Notes under the pieces: generated by a model
Seen by the model: only the letters and a program-made list of their open reading frames with translations
Told to the model about the DNA's origin: nothing
Database searches by the model: none
From: Lachnospiraceae bacterium
GTDB taxonomy: Bacteria; Bacillota; Clostridia; Lachnospirales; Lachnospiraceae
Direction of reading: 5' to 3'
DNA length: 64,000 bases
Assembly: GCA_015056815.1 (NCBI GenBank)
Contig: SVFN01000028.1
Coordinates: 399-64,398, forward strand
Translations under genes and position numbers: made by a program
Part shown: positions 43,273 to 52,983 of the stretch, one piece after another
How positions within the stretch are numbered: position 1 is the first letter of the stretch
Layout: every line of letters begins with the position of its first letter

Positions 43273-44335
43273 TAAAAGTTTTAGTATTGCTGATCTTGTA
43301 AGAAAGCAGATTTTTATTCCGATTGCGGCATTACTGCTTCTTGCACTCTTTAATTTAATTGCAGACCCCAGTTTTTACAAGATTTCGTTTGGTTATAACA
43401 GTGCCGGAAATCCTGTACTTACGGGTTATCTTATGACGATTTTGGACTATGGTTCAGAGGTGGCTATCCTTGCCATTGGTATGACTCTTGTTACAGCAGC
43501 CAGTGGTGGACAGGATATCAGTGTGGGCGCTGCCATCGCCATTGCAGGTTCTGTGATCCTGCGTGTGCTGGTAGGCAGAGGCGGATCAGGCCCGATGCAG
43601 AGACCTGTTATTCTTGCATTCCTTGTAGCAGTGCTCGTAGCGATGATCTTTGGTGCATTTAACGGTGTACTTGTTGCATGGTTCCGTATACAGCCCATGG
43701 TTGCGACTTTGATCCTCTACACAGCAGGACGTTCTATCGCAGCTTGGATCAACAATAACGAGCTTCCGATCGTAACCGATGAAAGCTTTACATACTTCGG
43801 TGGATTTATCCCGGGTATTCCGATCCCGACACCGTTCTTCATCGTTATTATTTGTGGAATCCTTATTTTCTGTGCTTTGAAATTCACGAATTTAAGATTG
43901 TACACACAGGCAGTTGGTATCAATGAGAGCTCATCCAGACTGAATGGTCTGAATCCTGAGTTTATCAAGTTCTTATCATTTGTTATTTTAGGTGTTTGTG
44001 TAGCAGTGGTAGCTTTGATCAAAGTAAGCCGTATCTCAACGATCAACTACTCCGTTATCGCAAAAGATATTGAGATGGATGCCATTCTGGCAGTTGCGCT
44101 TGGCGGTAATGCACTTGGTGGTGGTAAGTTCAACATGACAGCTTCTATTCTCGGTGCATATGTAATCCAGTTCTTGACAACGACACTTTATAAATTCAAC
44201 GTATCCGCAGATGCGCTTCCTGCTTACAAGGCAGTCGTTATTATCGCGCTTGTAGTACTGAGTGCTCCGACCGTAAGAGAGAAGATTAGTTCTCTTACAA
44301 AGAAATCAAGACCTGCGGTAAAGGGGGTAAGTTAA
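43265..44335 (+). CDS. Sugar ABC transporter permease (YtfT/RbsC-like)
   Basis: Polytopic BPD-type II (RbsC family) pattern. The start overlaps the ATPase stop. GGAGGTG RBS. Confidence 0.85.
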   Translation: MRSKSFSIADLVRKQIFIPIAALLLLALFNLIADPSFYKISFGYNSAGNPVLTGYLMTILDYGSEVAILAIGMTLVTAASGGQDISVGAAIAIAGSVILRVLVGRGGSGPMQRPVILAFLVAVLVAMIFGAFNGVLVAWFRIQPMVATLILYTAGRSIAAWINNNELPIVTDESFTYFGGFIPGIPIPTPFFIVIICGILIFCALKFTNLRLYTQAVGINESSSRLNGLNPEFIKFLSFVILGVCVAVVALIKVSRISTINYSVIAKDIEMDAILAVALGGNALGGGKFNMTASILGAYVIQFLTTTLYKFNVSADALPAYKAVVIIALVVLSAPTVREKISSLTKKSRPAVKGVS

Positions 44336-44336
44336 G

Positions 44337-45377
44337 ATGGATAATATTAAAAAGAAATTAAAAAATATGTCAGATACCAACTTACTTCTGACTATTACGA
44401 TCGTGGTCTTCTTCATCATGTATCTTGGAGCGATTATATTCCAGGGTGCAGGCTGGTTAAAAGCACAGGCTCTGTTTAATATCTTAAATGCACAGGCAGC
44501 TTTGATCATTACTTCCTGTGGTATGAGTTTGGTAATGATTACCGGCGGTATCGATATTTCAGTCGGTGGTGTGGTTGCATTAGTAAGTATGTGCTGTGCC
44601 GTATATCTTGATCATCCGGACAATCCGGATGCAGCAGATGGCAATGTGTTTATTGCATTCCTGATCGCGATCCTGATCGGTCTTGCATTCGGTGTGGTTC
44701 AGGGTTATCTGGTAGCATACTTGGACATTCAGCCGTTTATCATTTCCCTGGCTGGTATGTTCTTTGCAAGAGGTATGACAACGATCGTTCATACCAACCC
44801 GTTCAACGTAGAGAACGAGGCATTCAAGGCATTAAAGAATACACGTATCAATATCCCGGGACTTGGTTCTGTAAACAAAAAAGGAAAATATGTACCGGCC
44901 TATATTGAGATTGGTGTAGTGGTAGCATTATTGATCGTTATCCTGCTTTATGTGGCACTGAAATGGATGAAGGTAGGACGTAACTTCTACGCAGTCGGTG
45001 GTAATAAACAGAGTGCTTTGATGTTAGGTATTAACGTTAAGCAGACGAAATTCCTTGCACATCTGTTATGTAGCTTATTAGCAGGTATTGGTGGTTTTGT
45101 ATACTTCCTGCATGTAGGTTCCGGTTCGGCATCCCATGCGAGTGGTATGGAAATGAACGCGATCGCATCCTCCATCATTGGTGGTACGATGTTAACAGGT
45201 GGTGTTGGTAACATCATCGGTACTTTATTCGGTGTGCTTTCACTTAGTACGATTCAGAACATCGTTTCTTCCGCAGGTCTTGATCAGGCATGGTGGACAG
45301 GAATCACAGTTGCTGCAATGCTTTGTGTATTCCTTGTAGTACAGAGTGTTATTATGGCACGTAAGGCAAAAGCTTAA
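44337..45377 (+). CDS. Second sugar ABC transporter permease (YjfF-like)
   Basis: Paralogous RbsC-family permease starting 2 nt after the previous stop. The two-permease arrangement matches ytfT-yjfF. Confidence 0.85.
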   Translation: MDNIKKKLKNMSDTNLLLTITIVVFFIMYLGAIIFQGAGWLKAQALFNILNAQAALIITSCGMSLVMITGGIDISVGGVVALVSMCCAVYLDHPDNPDAADGNVFIAFLIAILIGLAFGVVQGYLVAYLDIQPFIISLAGMFFARGMTTIVHTNPFNVENEAFKALKNTRINIPGLGSVNKKGKYVPAYIEIGVVVALLIVILLYVALKWMKVGRNFYAVGGNKQSALMLGINVKQTKFLAHLLCSLLAGIGGFVYFLHVGSGSASHASGMEMNAIASSIIGGTMLTGGVGNIIGTLFGVLSLSTIQNIVSSAGLDQAWWTGITVAAMLCVFLVVQSVIMARKAKA

Positions 45378-45579
45378 GTTTTTTGTCTATTTCATAGGAA
45401 AAGAGGGGCTTCGTGCTTTTAAGCGCGGGGCTTCTTTTTATGTAACAATGTGCATGCATAAAATCGTGTAAAAGACAAAAAATAAGAAAGTAAGGATTCA
45501 AAGCAGGGAAGGAATTCTGGAAATTCTATTAAACTGGGAACGAAAAGGAATCCGATTCAGAAAGAAAGGAAGCATGCAC

Positions 45580-46038
45580 ATGGAAAAGCAAAAAACAGAG
45601 GAAAGAAATCAGGCATATAATCAATATGTAGAGATGGTGACTCCGAAAAAAAATCTGATCCTGCAGATGTTAAAAGCTTTTATTAGCGGAGGGATCATCT
45701 GTGTGGTCGGCCAGATTATACTAAATATCTGTGCTGATCTTGGTATGGATAAAGAAGCCCAGGGAGCCTGGTGCTCGATGATGCTGATCTTACTAAGCGT
45801 TCTTCTGACAGGATTCAGTCTGTATCAGGTGATTGCTTCCTGGGGGGGAGCCGGCGCACTGGTTCCCATCACAGGATTTGCCAATGGCGTTGCGTCTCCG
45901 GCGATTGAATATAAAGCGGAGGGACAGGTATTCGGGATAGGAGTTAAGATCTTTACGATCGCGGGACCAGTCATCCTATATGGAATCTTTACCAGCTGGA
46001 TATTAGGCTTTTTGTACTGGCTGTTAAGGATGCTCTAG
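45580..46038 (+). CDS. spoVAC: Stage V sporulation protein AC
   Basis: KAFISGGIICVVGQ ... GAGALVPITGFANGVASPAIEYKAEG closely parallels B. subtilis SpoVAC (KAFLVGGLICVIGQ ... GAGSAVPVTGFANSMASAALEYKSEG). Confidence 0.9.
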   Translation: MEKQKTEERNQAYNQYVEMVTPKKNLILQMLKAFISGGIICVVGQIILNICADLGMDKEAQGAWCSMMLILLSVLLTGFSLYQVIASWGGAGALVPITGFANGVASPAIEYKAEGQVFGIGVKIFTIAGPVILYGIFTSWILGFLYWLLRML

Positions 46039-46074
46039 AGCTGACGAAAACGAGGATAAGCAAACAGTATGAAT

Positions 46075-47676
46075 TTAAGAGTATTGTTTCTTTAAATATT
46101 GTTTATTGAGGTACATTTTTTGATCAGCACGATTCCGGGTATCATTAAGAGACTGATCCAAAGCAGTGTCAAAAACAGCATAGCCGCATGCAATCGTCAT
46201 GGGAACAATAAAGCCTTTGCGGTTTTGCTGTTTGCAAAGGCGCTGCAAAAGAGCCTGGCGGCTGTCGAGATCTGTAGTGGAAACAAACGGCAAAAGTACA
46301 CAGAATTCATCTCCGCCAATCCGATAACATCGTCCGGTGTCATCAAATACTTCACTGATAAGTGAAGCGGCAGTTTTGATATAAAGATCACCTGCTTCAT
46401 GTCCGTAAGTATCATTACATTTTTTCAGATCGTTTAAGTCAAATATAAATATCACTTCAGGATCTTTCTTATTGCTTTCAATTGATAAGAGGTCGTTTTC
46501 ATATGCAGTGCGGTTAAAAAGCCCGGTCAGGCTGTCTGTATAGGCAAGTTTTCGGTAAACCTCATTTTCACGTGCACGCTCGATCAAAAGATGAGAATTT
46601 CTTAATGTGCTGATTCCCATGATGATGATATACAATAAAAAACCAAAAGAACCATAAACACTGACATCATGTGTGGTAATGTAATGGAATATATCCAACA
46701 TAACGGTAAACAGCAGGATTATGATACAAAGAAGGTTTAGCTTAAGCTGTGGAGTTGGTTTATTCCTAATGGAAAAAGCTATAATGGAATAAACGCAGAT
46801 AACGGCAAATATACCAAGAGATATTTCGGTGATCCACATGGTTTCAGACAGATCCATAAAACCAAGTAGCTGCAAAATCATTCTTAAAAAGATCACAAAG
46901 AGATTGAAGTAGCAGTAAAATGTCCATAGAGGATGCCTGCTGACACCAAAAATACTCCGGATAAATAATAAAAACGGAACCGGAGCCATCATCAGGCAGA
47001 TATGGGTAAAGAAGACATGTGCCACATTCCAGGGAATAAAAAGTGTTGTGATATCGCAATCCGAAAAAGTCCAGAATCCAAGCAGGATCGCAAAAACCGA
47101 AAAATGAAACAGGGTCTGTCTGCTGTCACTTGATCCGATGATAAAGACAGCATAAACAAATAGATTCAGACCTAAAAACATCATGGCAAGTGAGGTTGCA
47201 AATTTCGGAAGATCTGTGAGAAGAATTGTTTTCACGATTGAATGATACTGGCCGAAATAAGCAATACATTTCGGTGGGCGGGAATCATAGCAGGAATGCA
47301 GCTGCAGACGAATTGTGTGACCTGCATACTGGGGATGCATGATGATATAATTCCAACTGTATCCGGTGGTGTGTGTCATGTGACTGTCAGATCTGTGGAC
47401 AGAGTAAATAACAGTGTCGTCTAAAAAGACATCTGTTTCCGTGTGGGTCAGATTAAAAACAAGTACTGTCCCGGCGATATCATCAAGAGACGGTGTAAAC
47501 TCGAAAACTGCATCAGTGCCAACGATCGAGTCATTGATCTTTTCTGTCAGATTGACAACTGTGTTCGAACCGGAAAGCTGATAGACTTGATTCTGATTAT
47601 TCAAAGCCACATAGATTCCAAGGATCATACATGCAACAATCACAATTAAATAAAGCCTGGTAAAGTATTTTTCCAT
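46075..47676 (-). CDS. Diguanylate cyclase with an N-terminal 7TMR-DISM-type sensor
   Basis: Signal/anchor, a ~150-aa extracellular domain, a 7-TM block, then GGDEF with an intact RIGGDEFCVLL active site. Confidence 0.85.
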   Translation of the reverse strand: MEKYFTRLYLIVIVACMILGIYVALNNQNQVYQLSGSNTVVNLTEKINDSIVGTDAVFEFTPSLDDIAGTVLVFNLTHTETDVFLDDTVIYSVHRSDSHMTHTTGYSWNYIIMHPQYAGHTIRLQLHSCYDSRPPKCIAYFGQYHSIVKTILLTDLPKFATSLAMMFLGLNLFVYAVFIIGSSDSRQTLFHFSVFAILLGFWTFSDCDITTLFIPWNVAHVFFTHICLMMAPVPFLLFIRSIFGVSRHPLWTFYCYFNLFVIFLRMILQLLGFMDLSETMWITEISLGIFAVICVYSIIAFSIRNKPTPQLKLNLLCIIILLFTVMLDIFHYITTHDVSVYGSFGFLLYIIIMGISTLRNSHLLIERARENEVYRKLAYTDSLTGLFNRTAYENDLLSIESNKKDPEVIFIFDLNDLKKCNDTYGHEAGDLYIKTAASLISEVFDDTGRCYRIGGDEFCVLLPFVSTTDLDSRQALLQRLCKQQNRKGFIVPMTIACGYAVFDTALDQSLNDTRNRADQKMYLNKQYLKKQYS

Positions 47677-47794
47677 ATTGATTCCCTCAAAACAGCTCAG
47701 ACAAAAACTGCTGTTTATATTTTATCATCTTAAATGATCACTTTCAATAAAAAGACAAGCACAAATGACCATAAAATAACAAGATTACCCATGT

Positions 47795-47823
47795 TTGCAA
47801 TTTCCCCCATAGATGGTTATAAT
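47795..47823 (+). promoter_or_regulatory. Near-consensus sigma-A promoter (TTGCAA-17 nt-TATAAT) firing into the 108-bp repeat array and truA
   Basis: TTGCAA at 47795-47800, exactly 17-nt spacer, TATAAT at 47818-47823. The predicted TSS near 47830 coincides with the first base of the repeat array (47831). Confidence 0.65.
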
Positions 47824-47830
47824 CTAACTT

Positions 47831-48114
47831 ATCAGAAGAAAACCAAGCGACGCGGATGCGTCATTTGGTTTTCCTGATAAGTTAACGAGGAAAACGAATG
47901 TTTTCCGAGTCTTCATGATAGCAGATGCTATCATGAGGATCAGAAGAAAACCAAGCGACGCGAATGCGTCATTTGGTTTTCCTGATAAGTTAACGAGGAA
48001 AACGAATGTTTTCCGAGTCTTCATGATAGCAGATGCTATCATGAGGATCAGAAGAAAACCAAGCGACGCGAATGCGTCATTTGGTTTTCCTGATAAGTTA
48101 ACGAGGAAAACGAA
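47831..48114 (+). repeat. Non-coding tandem array, 108-bp unit x ~2.6, each unit made of three hairpins (truA leader)
   Basis: ATCAGAAG recurs at 47831, 47939 and 48047. Unit hairpins are H1 (ATCAG..GAAAACCAA..GACGC-GAAT-GCGTC..TTGGTTTTC CTGAT), H2 (GGAAAAC-GAAT-GTTTTCC) and H3 (TCATGATAGC-AGAT-GCTATCATGA). Confidence 0.95.
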
Positions 48115-48137
48115 AAAGAAAAACGTAAGGAGTGTTT

Positions 48138-48884
48138 ATGAAAAACTATAAACTGATCATTTCGTATGACGGGACAAGATATTATGGCTGGGAGCATCAG
48201 CCGGATAAAGACACCGTGCAGGGAAGACTGGAGAATGTCTTGTCCAGAATGTGCGGGATCGGTCCGGAAGAGATCAGGATAAACGGAGCAGGCCGTACCG
48301 ATGCAGGGGTACATGCCAAAGGAATGGTAGCAAGTGTTCAAATGGACACAGAGCTGAGTACGGATGAGATTCTGGATTATGCGAATCATTATCTTCCGGA
48401 TGACATAGTGATCACACAGGTAAGGGAGGCTTCCCAACGCTTCCATGCCCGTTACAATGCAGTGGGAAAGACCTATCGTTATACCTGCCATTATGGTCGC
48501 ATCAAACCGGTTTTTGATCGTAAATATGTGACGAGACTAGAATTTGTGCCGGATGTGGAAAAGATGAAGGAAGCGGCCAATGTACTGGTGGGAAAGCATG
48601 ATTTTAAAAGTTTTTGCAGTAATCCCCGCATGAAGAAATCCACGGTCCGTATCGTAGACAGGATTGAGATCAGCACAAAGAACGGTTATCTGTATTTTAA
48701 TGTGCATGGTACCGGATTTTTACAGAATATGGTCCGGATCATCGTTGGCACACTGTTAGAAGTCGGAAAGGGTGCGATGCGGCCGGAACAGGTGAAAGAA
48801 ATACTCGAGGCAAAGGACAGGAGACTTGCGGGTCCGACAGCACCACCGGAAGGACTTTGCCTGATCGAAGTGGATTATCAGTAG
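48138..48884 (+). CDS. truA: tRNA pseudouridine(38-40) synthase
   Basis: ISYDGTRYYGWEHQ and the catalytic motif GAGRTDAGVHA. Length is about 248 aa. AAGGAG RBS before the ATG at 48138. Confidence 0.93.
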   Translation: MKNYKLIISYDGTRYYGWEHQPDKDTVQGRLENVLSRMCGIGPEEIRINGAGRTDAGVHAKGMVASVQMDTELSTDEILDYANHYLPDDIVITQVREASQRFHARYNAVGKTYRYTCHYGRIKPVFDRKYVTRLEFVPDVEKMKEAANVLVGKHDFKSFCSNPRMKKSTVRIVDRIEISTKNGYLYFNVHGTGFLQNMVRIIVGTLLEVGKGAMRPEQVKEILEAKDRRLAGPTAPPEGLCLIEVDYQ

Positions 48885-49040
48885 CTTTTGAAAAAACACG
48901 GAAAATCCAAGGAGTGATGAGGCTGGTATAAAAAACAGTCATCTGTACAAACTATCCATAAATGCATAAAAACCGGAAGTGAACAAATATGACATTTGTT
49001 CCTATGCGATTTTCAGATACAAGCAGGAGGTATTGTGTTT

Positions 49041-50087
49041 ATGGAAAATGAGCGAGCTATCTTTGAGATGGGGAAACAGAGTATCAAACTTCCCATGCCG
49101 GTTTATATCCGGGCTTCCGCAAGCGTGGTCGGAAAAAAGGAAAAAGAAGGACCGCTGGGGCATCTGTTTGACATCGCTTCAACAGATGATCAGTTTGGAC
49201 AGAAAAACTGGGAGGACTCTGAAAGCGAACTGCAAAAACAGGCAGTAAACAAAGTGCTGGAAAAAGCGGAAATGAAATGGGAACAGATCCGTTATCTGTT
49301 TGCAGGGGATCTGCTTGGACAGGGGATTGCGACAGCATTTGGCCTAAAAGATTTGGGGATTCCTCTTTTTGGATTGTATGGAGCCTGTTCGACTTGCGGA
49401 GAGGCGTTGAGTCTGGGCGCCATGGCGATCGGAGGAGGGTTTGCCGGCAATGTGGTGTGTGTGACCAGCAGCCATTTTGCCAGTGCGGAAAAAGAATTCC
49501 GTTTTCCGCTGGAGTATGGCGGACAGAGGCCGCCTTCTTCTACCTGGACAGTGACCGGAAGCGGTGCTTTTGTGCTTTCAGCGCATCCGGGAAAAGCACC
49601 GAGAGCCATAATTACCGGTATCACGACAGGTAAGATCGAAGACTATGGGATTCATGACAGCATGAATATGGGCTGTGCAATGGCACCGGCTGCAATGAAG
49701 GCGATCGAAGCGAACCTGAAAGACTTTGGCAGAACGCCGTCAGATTATGACAGGATCATTACAGGAGACCTGGGAAGTGTTGGAAAAGAGGCGCTGATCG
49801 CTCTGTTAAAGGAGAAAGGAATAAACATTGAAGCGGTGCATATGGATTGTGGGATAGAGATGTATGATCTGCAAAAGCAGGGAGTAGGCGCAGGAGGAAG
49901 CGGCTGTGGATGCAGTGCCAGTATCCTTTCGGCTGTTTTGCTTGATAAACTGGAACGCGGCGAATGGAAACGGATTTTATTTCTTCCAACCGGTGCACTT
50001 CTTAGCAAAACCAGTTATAATGAAGGAAAGAATGTGATGGGAATCGCGCATGGGGTTGTGATCGAATCACTTGGTATAACGCGATAA
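49041..50087 (+). CDS. spoVAD: Stage V sporulation protein AD
   Basis: Thiolase/KAS-like fold protein with the typical SpoVAD N-terminus (GKKEKEGPLGHLFD....DDQFGQKNWEDSESEL) and the expected length. AGGAGG RBS before MENERAI. Confidence 0.88.
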   Translation: MENERAIFEMGKQSIKLPMPVYIRASASVVGKKEKEGPLGHLFDIASTDDQFGQKNWEDSESELQKQAVNKVLEKAEMKWEQIRYLFAGDLLGQGIATAFGLKDLGIPLFGLYGACSTCGEALSLGAMAIGGGFAGNVVCVTSSHFASAEKEFRFPLEYGGQRPPSSTWTVTGSGAFVLSAHPGKAPRAIITGITTGKIEDYGIHDSMNMGCAMAPAAMKAIEANLKDFGRTPSDYDRIITGDLGSVGKEALIALLKEKGINIEAVHMDCGIEMYDLQKQGVGAGGSGCGCSASILSAVLLDKLERGEWKRILFLPTGALLSKTSYNEGKNVMGIAHGVVIESLGITR

Positions 50088-50180
50088 AGGAACGAAGAGG
50101 TACTATTTGAACGATAAACACTATCCAAAAGGGCGATAAGCCGTGAATGAGAAAGAAAGAGAGGCAAAAAAGAGAGGATA

Positions 50181-50795
50181 ATGAGTGGATTTCGAAAGAT
50201 AACCAAACAGACGAATAACCGTTTTTTGAACATGTACCGGATGGAGGCATTGAATAACGAAAAGCAACCCTTCGATTATTTCTTTGCCTCCCGCAAAGAA
50301 CCGGACGAACTGGTCTGCATGACAGACAGTAAGAAACCGGACGGGGTACTGATCTATGCAATCTGTGAAAACGATCCGGAGAAGATCGTGATGATCCGAC
50401 AATACCGTTACCCGCTGGGCCGAAAGATCATGGAGCTTCCGGCCGGACTGATCGATGGAGATGAGACGCCGGCAGAGTGCGCGATGCGGGAGCTTAGGGA
50501 GGAAACCGGCATGGAGCTTTCCATATATGAAGGAGGAAGCCCGCTGTTTCGCCAGCCCTTCTTTTCGGCGCAGGGACTGACAGATGAATGCTGTAGCACA
50601 GTCTTTGGCTGGGCGCGGGGAGAGATCAGCAATGCAATGATGGAAAATACGGAGGATATCAAACCTATACTGGTATCCAAAGAAGATGTGAAAAAGCTTT
50701 TGGAGACAGAGCAGTTCTCCATGAGAAGTGCCTATCTTTTGATGAACTTTTTAAGATCGGATCCGAAGGCGCCCTTTGCATTTTTGGAAATATAA
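50181..50795 (+). CDS. Nudix hydrolase (ADP-ribose pyrophosphatase-like)
   Basis: Nudix box GLIDGDETPAECAMRELREETG. Confidence 0.85.
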   Translation: MSGFRKITKQTNNRFLNMYRMEALNNEKQPFDYFFASRKEPDELVCMTDSKKPDGVLIYAICENDPEKIVMIRQYRYPLGRKIMELPAGLIDGDETPAECAMRELREETGMELSIYEGGSPLFRQPFFSAQGLTDECCSTVFGWARGEISNAMMENTEDIKPILVSKEDVKKLLETEQFSMRSAYLLMNFLRSDPKAPFAFLEI

Positions 50796-50870
50796 GGATA
50801 CATAACAACGGACCGTATCTGAAAACAGAGAAACAGGCAGTGAAGGCATGAATAAAAAAGGGAGATAATT

Positions 50871-51110
50871 ATGAGAGAAATGGAATTCAAAATGGAACGG
50901 CCGGGACTTTGCAAGGTCGGTGATAAGGTGACGGTTACGGAAGGCCTGCTTCCCAGCAACTATTACTATACGATCGATCCGTCACTTGCCATGTCACCCA
51001 ATATTCCTTTCAGGGAGAGACTCAAATCAAAAGAAGGAACAGTGGTGGATGTGATCCAGAATATGCGGGGCTATTATGTCACGGTTCAGTTTTTGGAAGA
51101 TGAAGTCTGA
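50871..51110 (+). CDS. Hypothetical small protein (79 aa)
   Basis: GGGAG RBS 7 nt upstream and a clean ORF. No motif recognised. Confidence 0.5.
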   Translation: MREMEFKMERPGLCKVGDKVTVTEGLLPSNYYYTIDPSLAMSPNIPFRERLKSKEGTVVDVIQNMRGYYVTVQFLEDEV

Positions 51111-51417
51111 AAGTGGTGTTATTTATGGAATATCCATAAAATAGAACGGAAGTATTACCTGATCCCACCCCGTAGAAAAAGAATGTTTATGTCCAAATGT
51201 TTGTGGATTTATTGCTACGAATTATATATTGTGGTAGAATAAGATATCAGACAAAAACGGCTGATTGCAGATTCCGATGCCGGATCAGGCGACGGGATAA
51301 TCGGTAAAGCTTTAGCTGATTACCATGATTTCATTGATGATCGTGGAGCAGGACACATACTGATCGCGCAAAAGCGCTTGCAATATGGGAAAGTGACGGA
51401 CCGGTGGAAAGTCACGG

Positions 51418-52869
51418 ATGAGAGTGCGTATGGATTTTCAAAAGATTGTAGATGCGTTTGAGACAATGACCTGTGTGCTGTCCGTAGAGCAGTATGCGGA
51501 TGGCAGTTATGGAAATATAAGGATTGTTGCGGCAAATAAAGCGTATGTCGATTCGATCGAGAATACGCAGACAATGTCTGCTTCAGTCATGCTTCAAAAC
51601 CATTTCGTGCCGGGAGATCCTTATGAACGATATGTTCCGAAAAATTCGAATTTTGAGGAGAACTGCTATCAGTGCGCGATCAAAAAACAGCCGATCCATT
51701 CCTATGTTCATCCGGATTATTTTCCGTTTTGGATTGATTTTTATATGCTCCCTCTTCAGTACGATCAGCCGGGAATCAGATATTGCACTTATTCGCAGGA
51801 ACTGACGAAGGAGGCTGATGCAGGCAGGATGTCGAATCTTTCGTTTGAAACCGCTTCCGATGTGCTGCAGACTTGCATCAAACTGCGGCGGATGAAAGAT
51901 TTCCAGGCCGCGATGGATGAAGTGACCGAAGATATCAGACATATCTGCAAGGCGAACCGCTGCCGTATCCTGCTTTTGGACATGCAGAAACGTTCCTATT
52001 CCCTGCTGTGTGAGGCATATGCACATGAAGGACAGGCCGGTGCCATGGAAAACTATATGGGAGAAGGATTCTATGATATCGTAGCGACATGGAAGGATGC
52101 GATTGGAAGAGATTCGTATCTGATCTTAAAGAATAAAGATGATATGAAACGGATCTGTATTCATAATCAGAAATGGTATGACCATCTGATTAAGGCTGGG
52201 GTGGAAAGCATGGTCTTGTTTCCTCTTCAGACCAGTGAGAAGATGCTTGGCTATATGTGGGTAACGAATTTCAATACTGCCAATGTGATCCGGATCAAAG
52301 AGACGTTAGAACTCGCAACATTTTTTATTGCTTCGGAGATCGCCAATCATCAGCTTCTTGATCGTTTACATAATCTCAGCTCTGTTGATGTGCTTACCGG
52401 AGTTAAAAACCGTAATGCCATGAACATTCGGATCGATCAATATCTGAGCGGTCAGGAGAACAACATTGTCTCGCTGGGGATCATCTTTGCGGATCTCAAT
52501 GGGTTGAAAAGGATCAATGATAATGAAGGTCATGCAGCCGGGGATCGTCTGCTGAAGAATGCTGCTTCACTATTAAGGGAACTGTTTGGAGAGGAAGGAT
52601 TATATCGCGCCGGCGGAGATGAATTTATGATCATCATAAAAAACGTCAGCAAGGAAAAGCTGGAAGAATGCGTGGACAGGATACGGGTCTGTTCCGAATC
52701 CGCCGGAGACATTTCGTTTGCAATCGGAAGCTGCTATGACGACAAAGAGTGTGATATCCGTAAGGCGATGCAGATCGCGGACGAGAGAATGTATCAGGAC
52801 AAAGAAGAGTATTATAGACGGCATCCCTGGCTTGAGCGAAGAAAAGCCGGTGTGAAAAGCGATTCGTAA
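51418..52869 (+). CDS. Cytoplasmic diguanylate cyclase (N-terminal sensor domains incl. GAF-like + GGDEF)
   Basis: GGDEF domain with an intact RAGGDEFMII and upstream DVLTGVKNRNA. No TM segments. The start could instead be the ATG at 51430. Confidence 0.85.
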   Translation: MRVRMDFQKIVDAFETMTCVLSVEQYADGSYGNIRIVAANKAYVDSIENTQTMSASVMLQNHFVPGDPYERYVPKNSNFEENCYQCAIKKQPIHSYVHPDYFPFWIDFYMLPLQYDQPGIRYCTYSQELTKEADAGRMSNLSFETASDVLQTCIKLRRMKDFQAAMDEVTEDIRHICKANRCRILLLDMQKRSYSLLCEAYAHEGQAGAMENYMGEGFYDIVATWKDAIGRDSYLILKNKDDMKRICIHNQKWYDHLIKAGVESMVLFPLQTSEKMLGYMWVTNFNTANVIRIKETLELATFFIASEIANHQLLDRLHNLSSVDVLTGVKNRNAMNIRIDQYLSGQENNIVSLGIIFADLNGLKRINDNEGHAAGDRLLKNAASLLRELFGEEGLYRAGGDEFMIIIKNVSKEKLEECVDRIRVCSESAGDISFAIGSCYDDKECDIRKAMQIADERMYQDKEEYYRRHPWLERRKAGVKSDS

Positions 52870-52983
52870 TAAATGCACCGGATAGAGTCTTGGCAAAAGA
52901 CAAATGGAATATTGGAAGATCGATGACAGAATAGCAAGATTCTGTATAGATATAGGATTATCAAAAAGCAGGAGGAGAAGAAC

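Noticed and set aside
45395-45440. Intrinsic terminator after the second permease gene
   Set aside because: The G/C-rich segment (GAGGGGCTTCG ... GCGGGGCTTC) is a direct repeat, not an inverted one, and I could not draw a convincing stem. The following T-run alone is insufficient.
47824-48151. ORFs 47824-48042 (minus strand) and 47915-48151 (plus strand) with repeated peptide blocks
   Set aside because: These are artefacts of the 108-bp (36-codon) tandem array staying open in two frames. There is no RBS, and the region lies between a promoter and the truA RBS.
51119-51139. TTTATGGA-ata-TCCATAAA palindrome after the 79-aa ORF as a terminator
   Set aside because: The stem is an 8-bp A/T-rich pairing with no following U-tract. 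It could equally be a protein site, and the evidence is too weak to call.
30209-52869. Three GGDEF-family genes in 23 kb as a dedicated c-di-GMP 'island'
   Set aside because: Clostridia commonly encode dozens of GGDEF/EAL proteins. The three genes here have unrelated sensor domains and are not co-oriented or co-transcribed. The density is probably unremarkable without a genome-wide count.
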